This document shows positions 40,616-55,265 of a DNA stretch of 64,000 bases, piece after piece. Both the position numbers and the translations under genes were made by a program. The notes beneath the pieces were generated by a model. The model made no database searches, had not been told where the DNA came from, and saw only the letters and a list, made by a program, of their open reading frames with translations. Position 1 is the first letter of the stretch, and each line of letters begins with the position of its first letter. Source of the stretch: Octopus vulgaris (Eukaryota); assembly GCA_951406725.2 (NCBI GenBank), contig OX597818.1, forward strand, positions 16,554,001 through 16,618,000, written 5' to 3'.

Positions 40616-40755
40616 ACAGGCGTGATTGTGTGGTAAGAAGCTTGCTTCCCAACCACATGGTTATGGGTTCAGTCCCACTACGTGGCACCTTAGTCACATG
40701 TTTTCTGTTGTAGCCTTGAGAGTGGATTTGGTAGGAAACTGAAAGAAGCCCATCG

Positions 40756-40821
<66 letters not shown>

Positions 40822-41050
40822 ATATGTGTGTGTGTGTTTGTGTCTGTGTATGTCCCCCTATTACCACTCGACAAACGGTGCTGGTATGTTTACATCACCA
40901 TAAACAGATGTTCGGCTAAAGAGACCGACAGAATAAGTACTAGGCTTTAAAAAATAAATCCTGGAGTTAATTTGTTCAACTAAAGTCCTTCGCGGTGGTG
41001 TTCCAGCATGGTCGCAGTCAAATGAATGAAACACGTAAAAGAATAAAAGA
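40616..41050 (+). mobile_element. SINE family A
   Basis: Homology. Confidence 0.85.
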
Positions 41051-41065
41051 ATATATATATATATA

Positions 41066-41790
41066 GGGGAGACCGGGTCTAGTTGTTACTCCGGTAAGTT
41101 GTTACAAGCCCATTGTTTCCAGCTTCAAGAAATAGGTGGCACTTGGGTTTCTACTTCGTGAAGGCCAACTCCATAGCATCATGACTGCACATGTATATTG
41201 CACTGGCGGGCTGTCACCAGGAAAGGTATGGCTCAAAAAACGATTTTTTACTCCAAAAGTGAAATTTTGCCACAAAGTTATTTCCTTAACTACTAAAGCA
41301 CAAATGGCGTTACTGAAGTAGTTTGTGACTCATTAGGAAGTGTTGGATGTTGCCTTCGATACACGGAGGTGTGTCCTGGATGCCATGCATTGCTAGTGCT
41401 GTGTACGAGGTAATCCCCAGAAATCTGGTCGGGACTAATTGTTACAGTGTATCAACTTACCCAGGCATGTAACAACTTACTCCTTCTATTTCAGTTTAAC
41501 ACGCCATGCCTAGAAATTACAAAAGGAAGACTACAAGGGGGGATACCCCTCCTGATGTCATGGAAAGAGCCGCCAGAAAAGTTGTGGATAAAAAGAAATC
41601 ATTATGGGATATTGCCGTAAAACAGTGCATAGGGGATGAAATAAACGAACGGAATACCAAACCAAAGAAGGCAACTGATACAGAAAAGGCAACAAAGGTG
41701 AAGGGAAAGTCAACCAAGAATCCAAATGACTGTCTTACAATCATGAGTGCAACACCCTAAACACAAAACGTTAAACCACGTGCCTCCACA
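41066..41790 (+). mobile_element. pogo/Fot1-like DNA transposon deletion derivative
   Basis: TA-flanked 'ggggagaccgggtctagttgttac' terminus. ORF MPRNYKRKTTRG...MERAARKV resembles the HTH-psq N-terminus of pogo-type transposases. Confidence 0.6.
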
Positions 41791-43139
41791 GTGCGCAGTA
41801 CTGCGCACTATACTAAGCGCGATTTTGTTTGCTATGTACTTCTGAGTTTGCTGTGTGGTGTACTGTGTACAATATTCACTTCAGTACTGTATGATATGTA
41901 CTTTACTGAATATTATCCAATGTATTGCACTCTACTGTATATTCTACTGTATATTACCCACTTGAGTGTATTGTATACCATATTATAATCTGTCATGTAC
42001 TATTTATTTTACTGTGCTCTGTACTACACTGTATGATTTAGTGTATGCTATACTGTATACGCTAATATGTACAGTACGGTAGTGCATATTGTTGTATCTA
42101 TTGTGCTGAATATTGAACTGTATTGTGACATAATTTTTTAATGAAATTTTCGAAGATTGAAAAACAATATAGTCTCTATAGAAACGAAACAAGGAAATAA
42201 CTAGCCCATTGCATCACTGGTCAGTTACGCAACAAAGCAAAGCAAAGAGACAGAAAAGATAAAATAATAATAAAGAATATATGGTTTAAATTGGCAATAT
42301 CAATAATGATAATAACGAATTCATGCAGCGATGTAAAATTGTGATTGTTGAAGAGTAATAATAAGAACAACATATACATGACAACATATGCAAGCAACTG
42401 GAAAGTTTTAGAAGATTGACAGTCGCGTTTCTAATTGAAACACCTAAGTTGTAACTGTGTCAACAGCAATCAATAAATTAAAATAAACAGACCAGAATCA
42501 ACACTTGAATGGTGACGAGACAGTAAAACAATATTAATTTTTCCAGAACAAAAAACACTAGAGGCCCTCCTCCAAACAACAAGCTCATAACATTCTGGCT
42601 AACAATATATAACAGAGCCCTTGCAGTTACACTCGAACAATAGGGTGACTGCTCATGTGGAAAGCAATATCATACTACCAGGGGAGTAGAAAGGGTGTCT
42701 AAAAGAGGTGTGCTGCAGTAATAAGCAGCCAGTAGGGAAGCGGCTATTACCAAAGATGGACAAAATAAAACGAAAAAATTTTTTTTTTTAAAACACTTTT
42801 AGTGTCATTTCTCTTTTATGTTTTACTTGTTTCAGCTATAAATCTGCAGCCAAGCTGGAGTACCAGCAAGAAAAATTTTAGTAAAATTATTATAATTAAT
42901 ATTATTTATTATTATCTTATTATCATCCGGAAAATAGAAATTATGTTTTATTATCATCCGGAAAATAGAAATTATGTTTTATTAGGAAGGTGGACTTAAT
43001 TGTATGTTTAGTAATTATTATGTATTGCTGAATGTGGTTTTGTAAGGTGTACATATCACCTGACACTCTTGTTATTGAGATAAATCGGAACATAGCAGAG
43101 GCAATTAAAATTGTTTCTGGAAAATGTTAGTATGTAACA

Positions 43140-43470
43140 AAAGCTCACATAAGAATCGACCTAGTACTTAACCTCGCAGAAGTTAACACTTTTGAGCAAA
43201 CATGCCTTGGAGCGAACAAAATGGAGGTCATCGTGTCAAAGTGGTACAAGAGATTTTGTTTCAACCAGCATTAACAAACTTAGGGGTGTATGTCAAAGGA
43301 GAAAAGCGGCAAATATATCGCCTGCACAGACCCGTAATCTTCATACATGCAACATCGGCGGGCTTCTTTACAAGTCATTGGCGAGACACAAATGTCACAT
43401 TCAACGTAAGCATTATGAGTGACAAAGAAAGTGTAGGTTGTCGAAATCATACGTGGAAACCGACCGAAGA
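43140..43470 (+). pseudogene. Possible Ginger/GIN-like integrase zinc-finger remnant
   Basis: AH...G.NKM...TRDFV...VCQRRK loosely resembles an HHCC region. Very degenerate. Confidence 0.3.
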
Positions 43471-43480
43471 GTACATCGTG

Positions 43481-43588
<108 letters not shown>

Positions 43589-43604
43589 CACACATACACA
43601 CACA

Positions 43605-44452
43605 CAGGGTGCGGTGAATAAACTGTAGTCGAAATTACGCAATAATGCGTTTCATTTTAACAGATATATTTACCAAAATTACATGAAAATATCTTGAAAT
43701 TCTAAAGCGCAAATTTATTCTATAAAATTACCATTGGCTTCAACTACGGCCTCCAGACGACTTCGGAATCTCCTGCAGCTCTTCTGCATGGTCACCTTGT
43801 TTAAGTCGATGAATGCTGCCATAATCCTTGCCTTCAGTTCATCTTTGGTGTTACAAGGAGTTTTGTTGGTCTCTCGCTCAACTGCGCCCGACACATAATA
43901 ATCAAGGGGGTTGCAGTCAGGAGAGTTAAGTGGCCAGATGTTGGGGGTGATGTGGTCGTAGATATTGCCTGACAGCCATAACTGGATTCTCCTGCTTGTG
44001 TGGCACGGTGCAGAGTACTGTTGCCAGACATAGGGTCTTCCAGCAGCCACCCTCTTGACCCAGAGCAGCACTACCTCCTCCAGGCACTTGATGTAGGCCT
44101 CCATGTTGAGTGTGTGGAAGGATGAATGGAGGTATAACGTCGCCATCACTAGTGATCACTTCAAACACCATGATTTTGACTAGATGCTTGATTTTTATCA
44201 CTCTCGAGACATGCTTTGGTTCAGATTGGCACCCAGCACTCTGAAATGTTCGTAGTGGAGCCTCCGGCGCGAATGCCAAGCAGTACAGCATGTCGTTTCC
44301 AAATTTCTGGCAGAGTAAATTGCATCATGGTGCTGTTTCTCTCACAGACGGTGCCCAACTGACTCTACTATACTGTATAGTCGACAAAATCAAAAACAAA
44401 CAATGCACATTCGCAAAATACGAAATGGCAACAATTTACCCATCACACCTTT
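43605..44452 (-). mobile_element. Tc1/mariner (maT, DD37D-like) element with transposase C-terminal relic
   Basis: WQQYSAPCHT...WPLNSPDCNPLDYYV...FRSRLEAVVEANGNFIE, with degenerate 'cagggtg' TIRs. Confidence 0.85.
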
Positions 44453-45014
44453 ACGTATATGTTTGTGCGTATGTATGTGTGACACATGCGACGGGTTTCT
44501 TTCAGTTTTCATCTACCAATTCACTTACATGTTTTTGGTCGGCCCAAGACTATAGTAGAAGATACTTGCCCAATGTGCCCCGTCGTGAAACTGAACCCGG
44601 AACCATGTGGTTTGGGAAACAAACTTCTTACCACACGGCCAAATCTTGATTACCAAAAAAGCATTTGATAGTATACTGCATTCTTGGAAATTAGAGACAC
44701 ATTACATAAATCATGACATAACAGTAACATGGTATTAAAATCATGTCAAAATGGACATCCCTACAAAGCAAAGAGAAAATTATTAAAATCATTCTTCTAC
44801 AAGATTCACGGACTGTTCATGAATTTAAATAGGATCGAGAAATGAATATGAAACAAGACAAATGCACCAAAACTACTAAAAGAAGATCCCCCGCCCCCGA
44901 AAAAAAATCAAAACTGCACTTTCAATTAGATTCTGACATTAAAACAAATTAGAACAGAAGCTCTCTTGCATATATTTAAATGAAGATGAAACAAATAAAG
45001 CACAATAGAAGAAT

Positions 45015-45330
45015 CTGACACTCCGTTGCTTACGACAAGGGTTCCAGTTGATCCGATCGACGGAACAGCCAGCTTATGAAATTAGCGTGCAAGTGGTTGA
45101 CCACTCCACAGACACGTGTACCCTAATCGTAAATTTCAGTGGGATTCAGCGTGACACAGAATGTGACAAAGCTGGCCCTTTGAAATGCAGGTACTACTCA
45201 TTTTTGCCAGCTGGGTGAACTGGAGCAATGTGAAATAAAGTATCTTGCACAACACGTCGTTGGGAATTGAACTCATGATCTTACGATCGTGAGCTGAATA
45301 CCCTAACCACTAAACATTGCGCCTTCACGG
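45015..45330 (-). mobile_element. SINE family B
   Basis: Reverse complement of the 1691-2060 type. Confidence 0.85.
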
Positions 45331-45750
45331 CACAACAGAAAGAAGTGAAGATTAATACTGGTTTCAGATCTTGGCACAAGGCCAGCAATTTTGGGGAGGA
45401 GATCAGTCGATTAAACGATCCAAGTACTTAACTGGTAATACTACATTTTATCGATCCCGGAAGAATGAAAGACAAAGCTGACCTCGGCGGGATTTGAACT
45501 CAAAATGTAATGTGAAAGAAGAAATGACGTTAAACATTTTGTCCGAAGCTCTAACGATTCTGCCAGCTCGTCACTTGAAAGAGAAGATTAATTCCGATTG
45601 CAAATTTTGGCAAAAGGTCAGCATTTTCGGAGGCGGGGTTAAGTCAATTGCATCGATCCAAGTACTCAACTGGTACTTATTTCATCGATCTCGAAAGGAA
45701 GGAAAGCAAAGTCGACCTTGGCGGAATTTGAACTCAGAACGTAAAGACGA

Positions 45751-45899
45751 CACTAGCGTAGCTAGGGGGGTTGTGATGGAGGCAGCCTGCCTCGGGCAGC
45801 ACTTTTGGGTCTGCTGTAGGCAATATGTGTTTTTGTGGGGTCCGGGAGCAGCGAACGGAAGGGCCGCCCCAGGCGGCACACACTCTAGCTACGCTAGTG
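45751..45899. mobile_element. 149-bp hAT (Tip100-like) MITE inserted in a SINE C
   Basis: Perfect 15-bp TIR cactagcgtagctag / ctagctacgctagtg. 8-bp TSD aaagacga/aaagacgg. Confidence 0.9.
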
Positions 45900-47146
45900 A
45901 AAGACGGACGAAATTCCACACAACAATTTTGCCCGGTGTAGTAACGATTCTGCCAGCTCGCCGCCATTGTGTGAAGATTAATATCAACAACTGAACGCAA
46001 TGCTAGAAATAAGATAATAAGTATAAATACTCAAGCCATTGTAGTTATAAACCACAGTTGCAACGTAATATAGTTGGAATTAAGCGACTGAAGTGGTAAG
46101 ACACATCTCTACAACAAAAAAGAGAGAAAATACAAAATCAGAGAACCACTAACAATATTCCTAAGCCACAACCCTAATGCCGATATAGATATGATATATC
46201 TATGTCGCACAAATGGAAGAATGAAGTTTGATATAAACAGAAAACTGCTAATATGGGAAGAGCCAGATTAAAAATGCTTCTAGTCTTACCGGCTAAAGTA
46301 AATTAAAAAAATGAAACTATGATTAAACAAATATATCTTTTATCTTTTACTTGCTTCAGTCATTAAACTCTGGTCATGTTGGGGCACCACCTTGTGAAAC
46401 TTTTAGTCGATTGAATCATCGACCCCAAGCCTGGTACTTATTCTATCAATCTGTTAAGTTAAAAACTGTTAAGTTTCGGGGATGTAAACACACCAACATC
46501 GATTGTCAAGTGGTAGTGGGGGACAAATACAGACACAAACACACACACACACACACACACACACTTGCCAAATCCTAATATGTACTTATTCATCCCGCTT
46601 GACAACCGGTGTTGGTTTATTTACGACCCTGTAACGTAGCGGTTTCAGTGAAAGAGACCCTGAAAGAAGAAATACCTGAGTGCTGGAGTCCATTTGTCTG
46701 ATAAAACCCTTCAAAGCTGTGCCCCAAAATGGCCGCAATCCAATGACTGAAACAAGTAAAAGATAAAACAAATTCGTGTAGTCCATGTAATCAAAAGTGA
46801 CTGCAAGTGTCACTCAGATAACACTAATCTATAAACGGATTCAATAATTATGCGTGCGCACGTGCGTATGTGAAGGCGACGTACTGACAGAATCGATGGC
46901 ACACCGAGCAAAATGCTTAAGCGGCATTTCGTTCGCCTTCATGTTCTGAGTACAAATTCCGCCCAGGTTGGCTTTGCCTTTCATCATTTCGGGGTTGATA
47001 AGTACCAGTTGAACGCTGAAGTCGATGTAATCGACTTGCCCACTTCCCCGAAAATGCTGGCCATGTGCCTAAATTTGAAATTAAAATGTGTGTGTGTGTA
47101 CATATGTATACCTTCATCTTTGAAAATGTTCTATTCACATAATTAT

Positions 47147-47378
47147 TATTTCTTTACTGCCCACAAGGGGCTACACACAGAGGGGACAAACAAGGACAGA
47201 CAAACTGATTAAGTCGATTATATCGACCCCAGTGCGTAACTGGTACTTATTTAATCGACCACGAATGGATGAAAAGCAAAGTCGACTTCGGCGGAATTTG
47301 AACTCAGAACATAGGGGCAGACGAAATACTGCTAAGCATTCCGCCCGGCGTGCTAACGTTTCTGCCAGCTCACCACCT
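47147..47378 (-). mobile_element. Full-length SINE family C with 18-bp TSD
   Basis: TSD ttctattcacataattat (47129-47146, 47378-47395). Confidence 0.92.
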
Positions 47379-47996
47379 TCTATTCACATAATTATGTTGT
47401 GCTAAATATGTCATCCTCGGGCGCAGAATTTCAAAGAAGTTTATCCTTCTCTTTTATCTTAGAGGATTTATAAATGTCTTTTTGATAATTTTTAAATAAA
47501 TTTTCTTTTTCTTTTGTACTTGTCGTTTAGCATGTCATTTGATTGAAGATCAATACCTTCCAGTTAAAAATCTGACAAGAATACTTTAGTAATGCCATTA
47601 AATGGGCTTTGCTTTCAAAGTCTACTGTAACACTTACGCATTCCTGAACCTGTAGCTTCAGATTAATGAGAATATTTTGTGCGAATATAGGTAGGTAGCT
47701 GATAGAAGTTGAAAAATAGACTTAGCGGCATTTCTTGAGACTTTACGCTCTATGTTCAAATTCTGCCGAGGTCAACTTTTCCTTTCATCCTTTAGGGGTT
47801 GATGAAATAACTCCCAGTTGAGTACTGGGGCCGATGTAATCGACTTACCCCTCCTCCAAAATTGCTGGCCTTGTGCCAAATTTTGAAACCAATATTTTGT
47901 GCAAATATGAAAAGGAATTGAGAATTTACTTCTTAGCTGTATTATTCACAAGGAATGTGGTCGAAACTATTTCTTATTATCTGGAAGCATGCACAC

Positions 47997-48053
<57 letters not shown>

Positions 48054-48119
48054 TACACACACACACACAACCATTAGAATAATTATGTATGTATGTGTGT
48101 TGTATGTCATATCATTTAG

Positions 48120-48332
48120 CTTTTATTTTTTACTCGTTTTGTCATTAGACTGTGGCCATGCTGGGGCACCGCCTTAAGTATTTTAGCCGGATGAATCGAC
48201 ACCAGTACATAGTTTTTTTGAGCTTGGTATTTATTCCACCGACCTTCGTGTCGAAACGCACAAAGGGCGTTTACAGGGACGTAAACACATCAACACCGGT
48301 TGTCAAGCGGTGATAGAGGATAAGCACAGTTA

Positions 48333-48377
<45 letters not shown>

Positions 48378-48586
48378 ACGTACGTACATACATACATACA
48401 TACATACATACATACATACATACAACAGGCTTCTTGCAATTTCCATTCACTAAATTCACTTACAAGGTCTTGGTCAGCCTGAGACTACAATAGAAGACAC
48501 TTGCCTAAGGTGCCACGTAGTAGGACCGAACCCGGAACTATGTGGTTGGGAAGGAAACCTCTTATTGCACCGTCACGCCTGCGCCA
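48120..48586 (-). mobile_element. SINE family A
   Basis: Homology. Confidence 0.85.
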
Positions 48587-48819
48587 TATGTTAATTAATC
48601 TACATAATATGAAGACTAACAGCAAATACACTAATTGACAAATAGACTAAACAATAAAACAATACAGACACAAATACAAGATATATAACATAGAATACAG
48701 CTAATAAAGATACATAAACCACAATAAAATATATCACATAACCAAATGCGCAAAAGCTTTCGAATAGATGAACATAATAAAAACCCTCAAAATGCATCGC
48801 ACTCGATCATAAGCTCAAA

Positions 48820-49240
48820 CTAATAACATACAATAAAAAAACACCAAAACTTAAGGCATCTTTATCAACAACACACTAGAAACATGTGAACCCTAGAAGA
48901 AACCGCGGACGACCAATGGGATCTATAAATTTGACTGCAAAACTGAATGTTGCAATAACTTGAGGGCTTTCAAAGTTATATTGGACAGACCAATACAACA
49001 CTCTTGCTTGGGCTCACTATGCATTTGCAGCATGTAGCTTTTATACAGCATTATACAACTCACCACAAAACGAAATTAAATAAGAAAATACTAGACGAAA
49101 ATTATATTTACATTCTTTATAAAATTCCAGACAAAAATAGAAGAATGATTATGGAAATAATACTCTTATAACAATACAATGCCAAAATTAACACGGAAAC
49201 ATACACTTCAAAGAATTAACGCACGGATTCTGATATTAAA
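48820..49240 (+). pseudogene. PLE GIY-YIG endonuclease relic
   Basis: GIYKFDCKTECC...SYIGQTNTTL...LTMHLQH...PKIN across frameshifts. Confidence 0.7.
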
Positions 49241-49531
49241 AAAATTCCAAACCCTAACGGTCAAAATTTGACCGTAACAAACAAATCAATGCGTCACTTC
49301 TGAGTCATAATGCTAACTGCCAGTAAACCTTTAGCGGGAAAGTATATACGGTTTCAATCAGTTTCTAGGAAACATCAGAAACGACAAATATGCTCAACTC
49401 GATTCTTCATAATGAGTCGGCAAACGTCGAATATGAATTTACGAACTCAGCAGTTCCAACCCAATTGTTATAGCCAATTATGTAAAAAAAATGTAAAATA
49501 ACAACAAAGATAAAACTTGAACACACACACA

Positions 49532-49614
<83 letters not shown>

Positions 49615-49706
49615 TATGCATACTTATGCAAATGTATATATGTATGTATCTATGTAAGTATGCATGGATGTATTTATGTATGCATGCATGTATGCATATA
49701 CATATA

Positions 49707-50966
49707 TTAGGTCATCCCATAAATAATGTGGGTTTTTTCAATTGCATGAACTAAAAGTCGGAGGGGGACAGGATAAACTACCTGCATCAACTTGCTATAA
49801 AATCAAGTAGTAATTTTACCTTTTACTCATTCTTGGTGTAACTTTTGAAGATTCTAACAGTTATTTTTTCAAAGCTATAATCGAAGTGACTAAGGAGCAT
49901 ATTCGGAATATTTTGTTTTATGAGTTCAATAAAGGCAACAACACAACAGAAAGTGCGAGGAATATTAATGCAGTATACGGGGATTGGACAAGCGTAAGCT
50001 AGTGTCAACGGTGGTTCCAGAAATTCCGAGCCGGAAACCACAACCTTGAAGACGGGCCTCGTCTTGGAAGATCTGTAGAGCTCGACGAGGACGTCCTGCA
50101 AACCCTGGCGGAGCAAATTCCTATCGTAACTGTTGAGAAATTAGCTGTGAAGCTTGGATTTAGTCATTCAACCATTCATCGACACCTGCATGCCATCAGA
50201 AAAGTCAGCAAATTGGGTCAATGGGTTCCTCACAAACTTTCCGAGTCTAATCGCATGCAGAGAGTGAATGTGTGCTCTTTTTTGCTGTCACGTCTCACGA
50301 ATGAACCGTTTTTGGACCGAATAGTGACTGGTGACGAAAAATGGGTTCTCTATAAACATGTGAAGCGCTGAAGACAGTGGATACGGAAAGGAGAAACATC
50401 GGTATCCCAGGCTAAAGAAGGTCTTCACCCACATAAGGTGTTGTTATCTGTTTGGTGATATATGAAAGGTTTAGTTCACTTTGAGCTTTTAAACCCAAAC
50501 CAAACGATAACAAGGGAGATCTACTGGAAGCAGCTTGAGCGGCTTAAGTCAGCGCTAGAAGAAAAACGACCATCTTTGGTTTCTAGACGAAAGATGTTCT
50601 TCCACCAGAATAATACTCAAGGATGACATTCAAAAGGCTAGAGCAGTTTGAATGGGAAACGATGCCCCACTCACCACATTTGCCGGACATTGCCCTATAT
50701 GATTATTATTTACTCCGCAGTCTTCAAAATCATTTGGACGGAAAAAATATGAATTCTGTAGACGAGGTCAGAACAGCACAGGAGGAGTATTTTTCGTCAC
50801 GGACAAGTAAATTTTGGAAGAGGGGGCTTGCAAGTCAACCAGATTGATGGAAGAGTATTATAGAAAATGGGGAAGAGTATATCTTAGATTCAAAAAGAAC
50901 TTTGTTTATCTTAATTTTGAAAAATAAAAGAAGTATAAAAATCGCATTATTCATGGAATGACCCAT
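49707..50966 (+). mobile_element. Near full-length mariner (DD34D) with a dead transposase
   Basis: TA-flanked TIRs ttaggtcatcccataaataatg / cattattcatggaatgaccca. Motifs WVPHKL, IVTGDEKWVLY and a SPDxAPxDY-like motif, with stops and frameshifts. Confidence 0.93.
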
Positions 50967-51312
50967 TATGTATGTATGTATGTATGTATGTATGTATGTA
51001 TGTATGTAGGTAGGTATGTATGTATTAAGAATGTGCATGTCCTAATGGTTACAGTGTTGCACTCACGATCGCTAGAGCGGCGAGTTGTGTTCTTGAGCAA
51101 AACACTTCATTTCACGTTGCTCCAGTTCACTCAGCCGTAAATCAGTAACCCTGTGACTGACTAGCCTTCCGATCGGGCAGAATGTTGGCCTGCTCGCTTA
51201 ACCAGCGAGGTGACAACGTTCGAAAGGGAAAACGGTGCAAATCCAAAGCGCATTGTGATCAGTGATGTATAACAACATCTCATAGCATGGTCGATCACGT
51301 TATCACATCACA

Positions 51313-51384
<72 letters not shown>

Positions 51385-51385
<1 letters not shown>

Positions 51386-51720
51386 CATTTGGATTTCGTA
51401 TCCAACCAACGACTCTTCTCAGAAACTGGGATGTGTCCAGTTACTGGCATAATTCGGGAGCGCCAAGTCAGACTATTTGGCCTCGTTGCTCGATTTTCCG
51501 GGTTAGACCCTGCTTACTGTGTCCACTTCACTGAGTATCCAGCTGCCTCGCCGGTGCGTATAGGTCGACCACATGCCATACGGTCACGGTAGATAACGAG
51601 GTGTCTCGCGGAGACGGGGGACTAACTGGGACTATTCCCGAAGAGTCGCCCGGGAGGACGCAGGAATATACCCACAAATAGTGAAAACAGCAACGCGCTG
51701 CAATAACAGCCCACACAACA
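51385..51720 (+). pseudogene. RTE-group LINE 3' fragment
   Basis: FVSNQRLFSETG...IIRERQVRLFGLVAR...GRP. Confidence 0.7.
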
Positions 51721-51876
51721 AATACGTTGCACAATCGTCAACTGACATTCAATCCCACAACAAATAATCTATACTAATCGTAATCCTCATCCAGCATTGT
51801 ATCCCATAACAGAACCACGTAGCGCATATCCTATACAATAAATCCACACGCTATACACAACACAACCTACACAATC

Positions 51877-52016
51877 TATTTCGTTACTACCCACAAGGGG
51901 CTAAACTCAGAGGGGACAAACAAGGACAGATAAACAGATTAAGTCGATTACATCGACCCCAGTACGTAACTGGTACTTAATTTATCGACCCCGAAAGGAT
52001 GCAAGGCAAAGTCAAC
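51877..52016 (-). mobile_element. 5'-truncated SINE family C with 14-bp TSD
   Basis: TSD caacctacacaatc (51863-51876, 52013-52026). Confidence 0.88.
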
Positions 52017-52025
52017 CTACACAAT

Positions 52026-52495
52026 CATCACCCGACATTCTACCCTACAACACGGAAAATTATTTTGAATTTTTTATTATTTTTTTGTAGTAGTGCGGCC
52101 CTCCTGATGATAAACCACGTCTTATGCGGCCCGTTTCTCGAAAAAAGCTTCCCATTCCTGTTCCATACAGTCATCACCCAACATTCTACCCTACAACACG
52201 GAAAATTATTTTGAATTTTTTATTATTTTTTTTGTAGTAGTGCGGCCCTCCTGATGATAAACCACGTCTTATGCGGCCCGTTTCTCGGAAAAAGTTCACC
52301 ATTCCTGTTCCATACAGTCATCACCCAACATTCTACCCTACAACACGGAAAATTATTTTGAATTTTTTATTATTTTTTTTTTTTGTAGTTGTGCGGCCCT
52401 CCTGATGATAAACCACGTCTTATGCGGCCCGTTTCTCGGAAAAAGTTCCCCATTCCTGTTCCATACAGTCATCAGCCGACATTCTTTCCCACAAC
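52026..52495. repeat. Tandem repeat, about 3.2 units of 145-151 bp, containing a hAT-like terminus
   Basis: Units start at about 52026, 52171, 52319 and 52470. 'tgcggccc...aaaaagttccccattcctg' resembles a hAT end. Confidence 0.9.
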
Positions 52496-52994
52496 ACATC
52501 CCATACAACACACATTCTATGCAATCATTCTGTACCATCATCTCTCGATAAAATATAACAAATCACAAACACGACGGACAAACGAAACACAATAAAAAAA
52601 AAACACGAAAAAATAATAATAAAACAAATTCCACGGCAAAATATAACTGATGTAGCATACAAAGACCAGCATCACCACAACCACCAACACCACCCTTACC
52701 ACTATCACTAACACCGTCAATATCACCATTGCCCGCCACCACCACTATCACCTACCCACAGCATCACCCTCTTCCCCAACACCAGCAACCAGCATCACCA
52801 CCACTACCACCATCGTCCCCACCACAACTATCAATTACCATCACTAATACTAGCAACAAAACGAAAACGCAAACAAGGCTATCAATCTGAGAATATATGT
52901 GTGTATGTCTATATATATATATATGTATGATTGTATGTATGGGACTATATAAGTGTGTGTGTATGTATGTATGTATGTATGTATGTATGTATGC

Positions 52995-53050
<56 letters not shown>

Positions 53051-53413
53051 ACGTATCTATATATATATGTATATATATATATATATATGGTAGTTGTGTG
53101 TTTAATCAGTTACTCCATTCAATTCCAAACACTGATTATACGGTAACTATATTAGCACGTTACCATAGCAACGATCACTATTGCTTCTCCTTCCTCCCTT
53201 CCCCCTCTCCCTTCACCCGCCCAATCTCTCCCCAGTCAACTCAGTGAAGCGAGAGATGCAGAGATCTAAGCCATAACACGAAAATAATCAAACGGTACAT
53301 GAGGCTGCTTTTCATAATCTAAACTCAACCCTCGCTTCCTCAATTACTCCCCACCACTCTCTCTTTTACTCTCACATACTCTCTCCCCTCTCTCGTTCTG
53401 TCTCTCTCCCCAC

Positions 53414-53447
<34 letters not shown>

Positions 53448-53512
53448 AATCTATCAATCTATCAATCTATCAATCTATCTATCTATCTATCTGTCTGTCT
53501 GTCTGTCGTCTG

Positions 53513-53577
<65 letters not shown>

Positions 53578-53895
53578 ATATATATATATATATCTTTTCG
53601 TTTAACCTTAAGGCCAAGTAGTAGCCGCAACGATAAAGCTTCGTTTTTTGTTTTTTTTTTAATAATTCAGGCTCCAAAATAAATTGTTTCGTTCGATTGC
53701 AAATCTGATTGCAAATCTATGAATATCATCGATACTTATTCTATGTTTACCATTTCACCAGAACCTATTGAATTTATACACCAAGAAACAGTATACTTAA
53801 GCTTGACCTCTGTGGAAGATTTGTTGATTTGGGTGGAAGGTCCATTTGAGACGTTGTGAACTTATAGTAAGGTAAGGCTATGTCACCAAATAATT

Positions 53896-54393
53896 ACCAT
53901 ATTTTCTGACTTATAAGTCGATGCAGTATATCAATCGAAGTACGTTTTTCCAGTCTGTATTCATCGTATAAGTCGACTCCCTTTCTCCCCAATAACCATT
54001 CTATAAGAAAGTTTTTTTGCTTTTTTTTTTTTTTGCATGGAGGAAAGGAATATTTCACAAGAGAACGAAAATGTCGAAATAAGAAAGAAAAACAATGTTT
54101 AATTACTTTAAGTTTGATTTTAATATTTGCCTTTATTTACGTTTCATAATTGCACATCAATATAAACAGTAATTATAAAGAGAAATAACGGGTTACTAAA
54201 ATTGTTGTTAAATACTATCATGGCGGACCTGAAGTGTAAACAATCGAATATCGTCAACGACTTTCCAAGTTCTGTAGCATTTCTCACGGAATTTTTGACC
54301 CTCCAAAGTCGTCTTCATGTATAAGTCGAACTATCTTTTCTGGCTGTATATTCTGGTGTGAAAAATTCGAGTTCTATGCCAAAAAACACTGTA
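53896..54393. mobile_element. Old pogo/Tigger-type MITE
   Basis: 'ccatattttctgacttataagtcg' start, repeated 'tataagtcga', and 'aaaaattcgagttctatgcc...actgta' end. Confidence 0.5.
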
Positions 54394-54491
54394 AAAGAAA
54401 GTACATGCTATTTGCAATAGTGTGAGAATATATATATATATATATCTTCTGTTTGAATAATATATTCTGCTAATGGGGAGAATTGTATGTG

Positions 54492-54593
<102 letters not shown>

Positions 54594-55265
54594 CGTATAA
54601 GCATGGAAAAGTTCTCTCTCACAAACGCGATCTCAGTGAAAACAGGCGCTGAGCTACAAGGATAACGAGCTGCGAACCATAGACTACATATATGTAGTCT
54701 AATCTGGTCTAGAAATTAGTAACAATGTACCAATGTGAAAAACCATTATTTAAAACACTACCAGTTCCAGTAAGGAGTAAACTAAACAATTACGGACCAA
54801 TAGTGGGACTATCTACACTATCGGTCCCTAACCAGGAGTCTACTAATGGAAATGAGAACTAATGGAAATGAGAACTGATAAAGGTAGTGCTGGGTTTCCG
54901 TGAGTTGTGGTCAAAATTTTAGAATCCAGTGTAAAATGTACAGCTACTCTTACATATTCAGTTATATATTCATTTCAAATATGAAAATAAGAATACTAGA
55001 TTTCTGTTAGTTAATAAAAATAAGCTTATTTAAGTAAAAACTTTGGGGACCATTGCTATATACCATCATTCAAGCATGGATGTGTTCGTTTGATTGTCCC
55101 CTACTACTGCTTGATAACCGATTTTGGTGTGTTTACGTCCGCGTAACTCAGCGGTTCGGCAATTAGAAACACAGGTGTGTAGGTTTGTCAAATATATTTA
55201 TATTTGCCTGGAATCAAAACCGTATTGCAATCTCGACTCACTAGAAAGTTAATGCATCGTCTATA

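Noticed and set aside
52095-52160. CTGATGA...GAAA in the tandem repeat as a retrozyme hammerhead
   Set aside because: No stem I or properly registered stem II. The sequence fits a hAT terminus better.
54680-54701. 22-bp perfect palindrome tagactacatatatgtagtcta
   Set aside because: It is real but short and TA-centred, with no supporting TSD or second copy.
54860-54885. Similarity to miR-184 (gagaactgataa)
   Set aside because: The seed is mismatched, it lies in a 16-bp tandem duplication, and there is no precursor hairpin.
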